Shown here: positions 61,961 to 64,000 of the stretch, one piece after another | How positions within the stretch are numbered: position 1 is the stretch's first letter | Layout: every line of letters begins with the position of its first letter | DNA from: Enoplolaimus lenunculus | Taxonomy: Eukaryota | DNA: 64,000 bases | Direction of reading: 5' to 3' | Assembly: GCA_030248215.1 (NCBI GenBank) | Contig: JASANG010000753.1 | Location: 558,001-622,000, forward strand | Program-made: the position numbers and the translations under genes | Notes under the pieces: generated by a model | What the model was told of the DNA's origin: nothing | The model's database searches: none | Seen by the model: only the letters and a program-made list of their open reading frames with translations

Positions 61961-62914
61961 ATGAAAGTTTCGAATAAATTAAACAGTATACTTGAGTCTA
62001 TTTCTTACAATCCTAGTTTGCCAGCATCGTTCACGAACGCGAACAAGCTCTGGCTAGCCGCACGAAAGCAGTTACCGTTGCTTAAGTTTTCTCAAGTAAA
62101 ATATTCGCTAGCAGCGCAAGTTGTGCATCAGTTGCACAAAAGAAAATCTCGTCGCCATGCCACTACAACGATTAAAGTTGAGCGACTTAATCAACAATGG
62201 GACATAGACTTGATGTTTGTTCGAAAAGCTAAGCGTTACAATAATAATTACCAGTATATCTTAATTACAATTGATCTTTTCAGTAGAAAAGTTTCGTTGA
62301 ACCGTTAAAAAAGTATTCTAAAACTGTTGCCGAGGCTTTCGTAACGATCCTGAAGCGTTCGGCCGAGGTTCCTAAAGTTATTCGCTCAGACTACGGAACA
62401 GAATTCAAAGACACATTTGAAGCGCTTCTAAAGTAACGTGGCATCAAACATTTCTGGGCTAACAATGCATACAAATCTAATTATGCAGAGCGCTTTATTA
62501 GAACTTTACGCCGCAAAATTTGAAAGTATCTAACACACCAAAAAACTGCGTTATATTGATGCTCTGGATAAACTAGTTCAATCATAAAACGACACCGTGT
62601 ACCGCAGCATAGAAACAACGCCAACGAAGCTGCTAAATGTAAGCTTCCTAAAATTAAGTCTAGTAAAACGATACATAACACCGAACCTAAGTTTGTCTTC
62701 GAGTTGGGAGATTATGTAAGAGTTGCATTGGGCAAAGGTACATTCCAAAAAATCAACAGAACAGTCCTGGACTGATGAATTGTATGAAGTTGTGCAACGC
62801 CGAATGGGATATCCGCCAACCTACAGACTGCCGGATATGGTCGGAGAACCTCTTACAGGTGCGTATTATGCCGCTGAGCTACAAAAGGTTCCAAGTGTCG
62901 TCAAAACAAAATAA
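61961..62914 (+). pseudogene. Polinton/Maverick retroviral-like DDE integrase
   Basis: SYNPSLPASF...QLHK...QQWDIDL...YILITIDLFSR, IRSDYGTEF, AERFIRTLR, RYIDAL, FELGDYVRV, WTDELYEV...TYRL.D..GE.L.GAYYAAELQKV. In-frame stops at 62434, 62521 and 62585, plus several frameshifts. Confidence 0.9.
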
Positions 62915-62922
62915 TGTTTGCG

Positions 62923-62986
62923 TGAGTCAGCACGTGACTAACATAAACCTATAAAAGGTGGCGACCATGCGCAAAACCATCATTTT
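62923..62986 (+). promoter_or_regulatory. TATA box plus initiator with upstream TGAGTCA/CACGTG, upstream of the unknown Maverick ORF
   Basis: TGAGTCAGCACGTGAC, then TATAAAAG 62950-62957 and TCATTTT 62980-62986, with the same 32-nt spacing. Confidence 0.55.
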
Positions 62987-63102
62987 ATTGTTTTCTAGAA
63001 AACAAACAGTGTGTATTTATCAACTAATGAAATGCTTGTGGCAGCAATTTTCAACAGTTACGTTTTTCGGACCAGGAAATTTTAACCGAAATACAACGAC
63101 TT

Positions 63103-63615
63103 ATGTATGCAAATTGTTGGAGCTGCAGTAGTGACAACCCAATGGTGCGTCGTTACGGTTCTGCACACCAGAACGGATGCGAAATGGACAAGCGCGACGT
63201 GATCGACTTGTTCTTTCATGAGGCGGTCGTCAACTTGCACTACAAAGTGTGCATGAACATAAATCCGCACGTTCGTCGCATAACAATCAAGCGATTGAAG
63301 ATACTGTGGCGCGACGGCATTACAGACAGCGAAGACACAGATATCGAAGATGACGATGATTGAAATGACAGCTGCTGCAAACACAATGAAAAGAAAGTTG
63401 CGAAATCCAACAACAAAGGCAACAACAACAGCAACGACCACAGCAACAACCACAAGAACCATAACAAGAACACCAACGGTGAAAATATTATCACTGACGA
63501 TGGCTACGCGACTGTTGAAAAGGAAGAAGTCGAGCTGATGATTTCTCAAATTGTTACAGTTAAAAATAGACTTAATATATATGCACATCGCATTTATGAT
63601 CGAATGTATTTTTAA
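63103..63615 (+). pseudogene. Unknown Maverick ORF with acidic and Asn-rich segments, one internal TGA at 63361
   Basis: The frame continues past the TGA to TAA at 63613-63615. It is preceded by a TATA/Inr promoter and followed by AATAAA near 63634. No family recognised. Confidence 0.45.
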
Positions 63616-63641
63616 TTGTTGCTTGGTTATTTTAATAAATT

Positions 63642-64000
63642 ATACTGCATTACGACAACGATAGCTTTTATGTTACTTTGCTAAGCAACGCCTCATCTGC
63701 TGAATATCCAAACAACACGCACAGCTGTTTTAGCAATAGATTAGTCACACCGTTATATTTAGACAGAACTCGCTGGGAAGTTGGGCTTTGTGAGATAGTT
63801 TACCCAGAACACATTTTAAACATTTCACCAAAAACTAACAGCAACGACCGCACGATTGACAACAGCGACAACTTTTACCCGTCACGTTATTCGTATAAGC
63901 ACTTGATTGCGGGTGGCGACGTTGCATGGTTTCTAGAAACAATACCAGCAGCGCATTATGCTAACACGCACACCATGATTTCAAGTATTAATCGTAACAT
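63642..64000 (+). CDS. Polinton minor capsid protein (penton/PX)-like, 5' part
   Basis: Open frame DSFYVTLLSNASSAEYPNNTHSCFSNRLVTPLYLDRTRWEVGLCEIVYP...IPAAHYANTHTMISSIN matches the FYxTLPSNxS..YPxNT..F...L..WEVGLxEIxYP N-terminus of Polinton pentons. The start codon appears as ATA. Truncated by the window end. Confidence 0.75.
   Translation, partial: MLHYDNDSFYVTLLSNASSAEYPNNTHSCFSNRLVTPLYLDRTRWEVGLCEIVYPEHILNISPKTNSNDRTIDNSDNFYPSRYSYKHLIAGGDVAWFLETIPAAHYANTHTMISSINRN

Larger units (their letters stand above)
60885..64000 (+). mobile_element. Maverick/Polinton (virus-like transposon), left part, decayed
   Basis: A Polinton-type integrase followed by a penton-like ORF. The putative left terminus AGTAGAGG at 60885 fits the 5'-AG Polinton terminus and is followed by hairpins and direct repeats. 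The element runs off the window. Confidence 0.8.

Noticed and set aside
61961..62914. LTR-retrotransposon integrase
   Set aside because: No reverse transcriptase, RNase H or LTR nearby; the terminal motifs and neighbouring penton-like ORF indicate a Polinton.
63082..63588. 168-aa hydrophobic minus-strand ORF
   Set aside because: Antisense shadow of the AAC-rich plus-strand ORF; promoter and poly(A) signals are on the plus strand.

Overview
AT-rich animal genomic DNA, most likely a nematode (inferred from abundant TTAGGC/GCCTAA telomere-type repeats, TTTCAG splice acceptors and DUF1647-type genes). Manual exon reconstruction gives four host genes. (1) A 2-exon, divergent GLUT/SLC2-like MFS sugar transporter (+, 11216-13447). 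(2) An 18-exon leishmanolysin/invadolysin (M8) zinc metalloprotease (-, about 42228-18650), mostly missed by the ORF track, whose intact frame needs one non-canonical GA-AG intron. (3, 4) Two tandem DUF1647-family genes (+, 45657-50225 and 57845 onward). The second is apparently interrupted at the start of exon 4 by a decayed Maverick/Polinton virus-like element (from about 60885 to beyond the window end). That element carries an intron-containing NADAR gene, a DDE integrase, an unknown ORF and a minor-capsid (penton)-like gene. Introns and intergenic DNA are filled with several non-autonomous DNA-transposon (MITE) families, including a high-copy family with GGCC ends and 8-bp target duplications that carries telomeric repeats. 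There are also several minisatellites. All protein and element-family calls come from motif recognition by eye; no database search was run.
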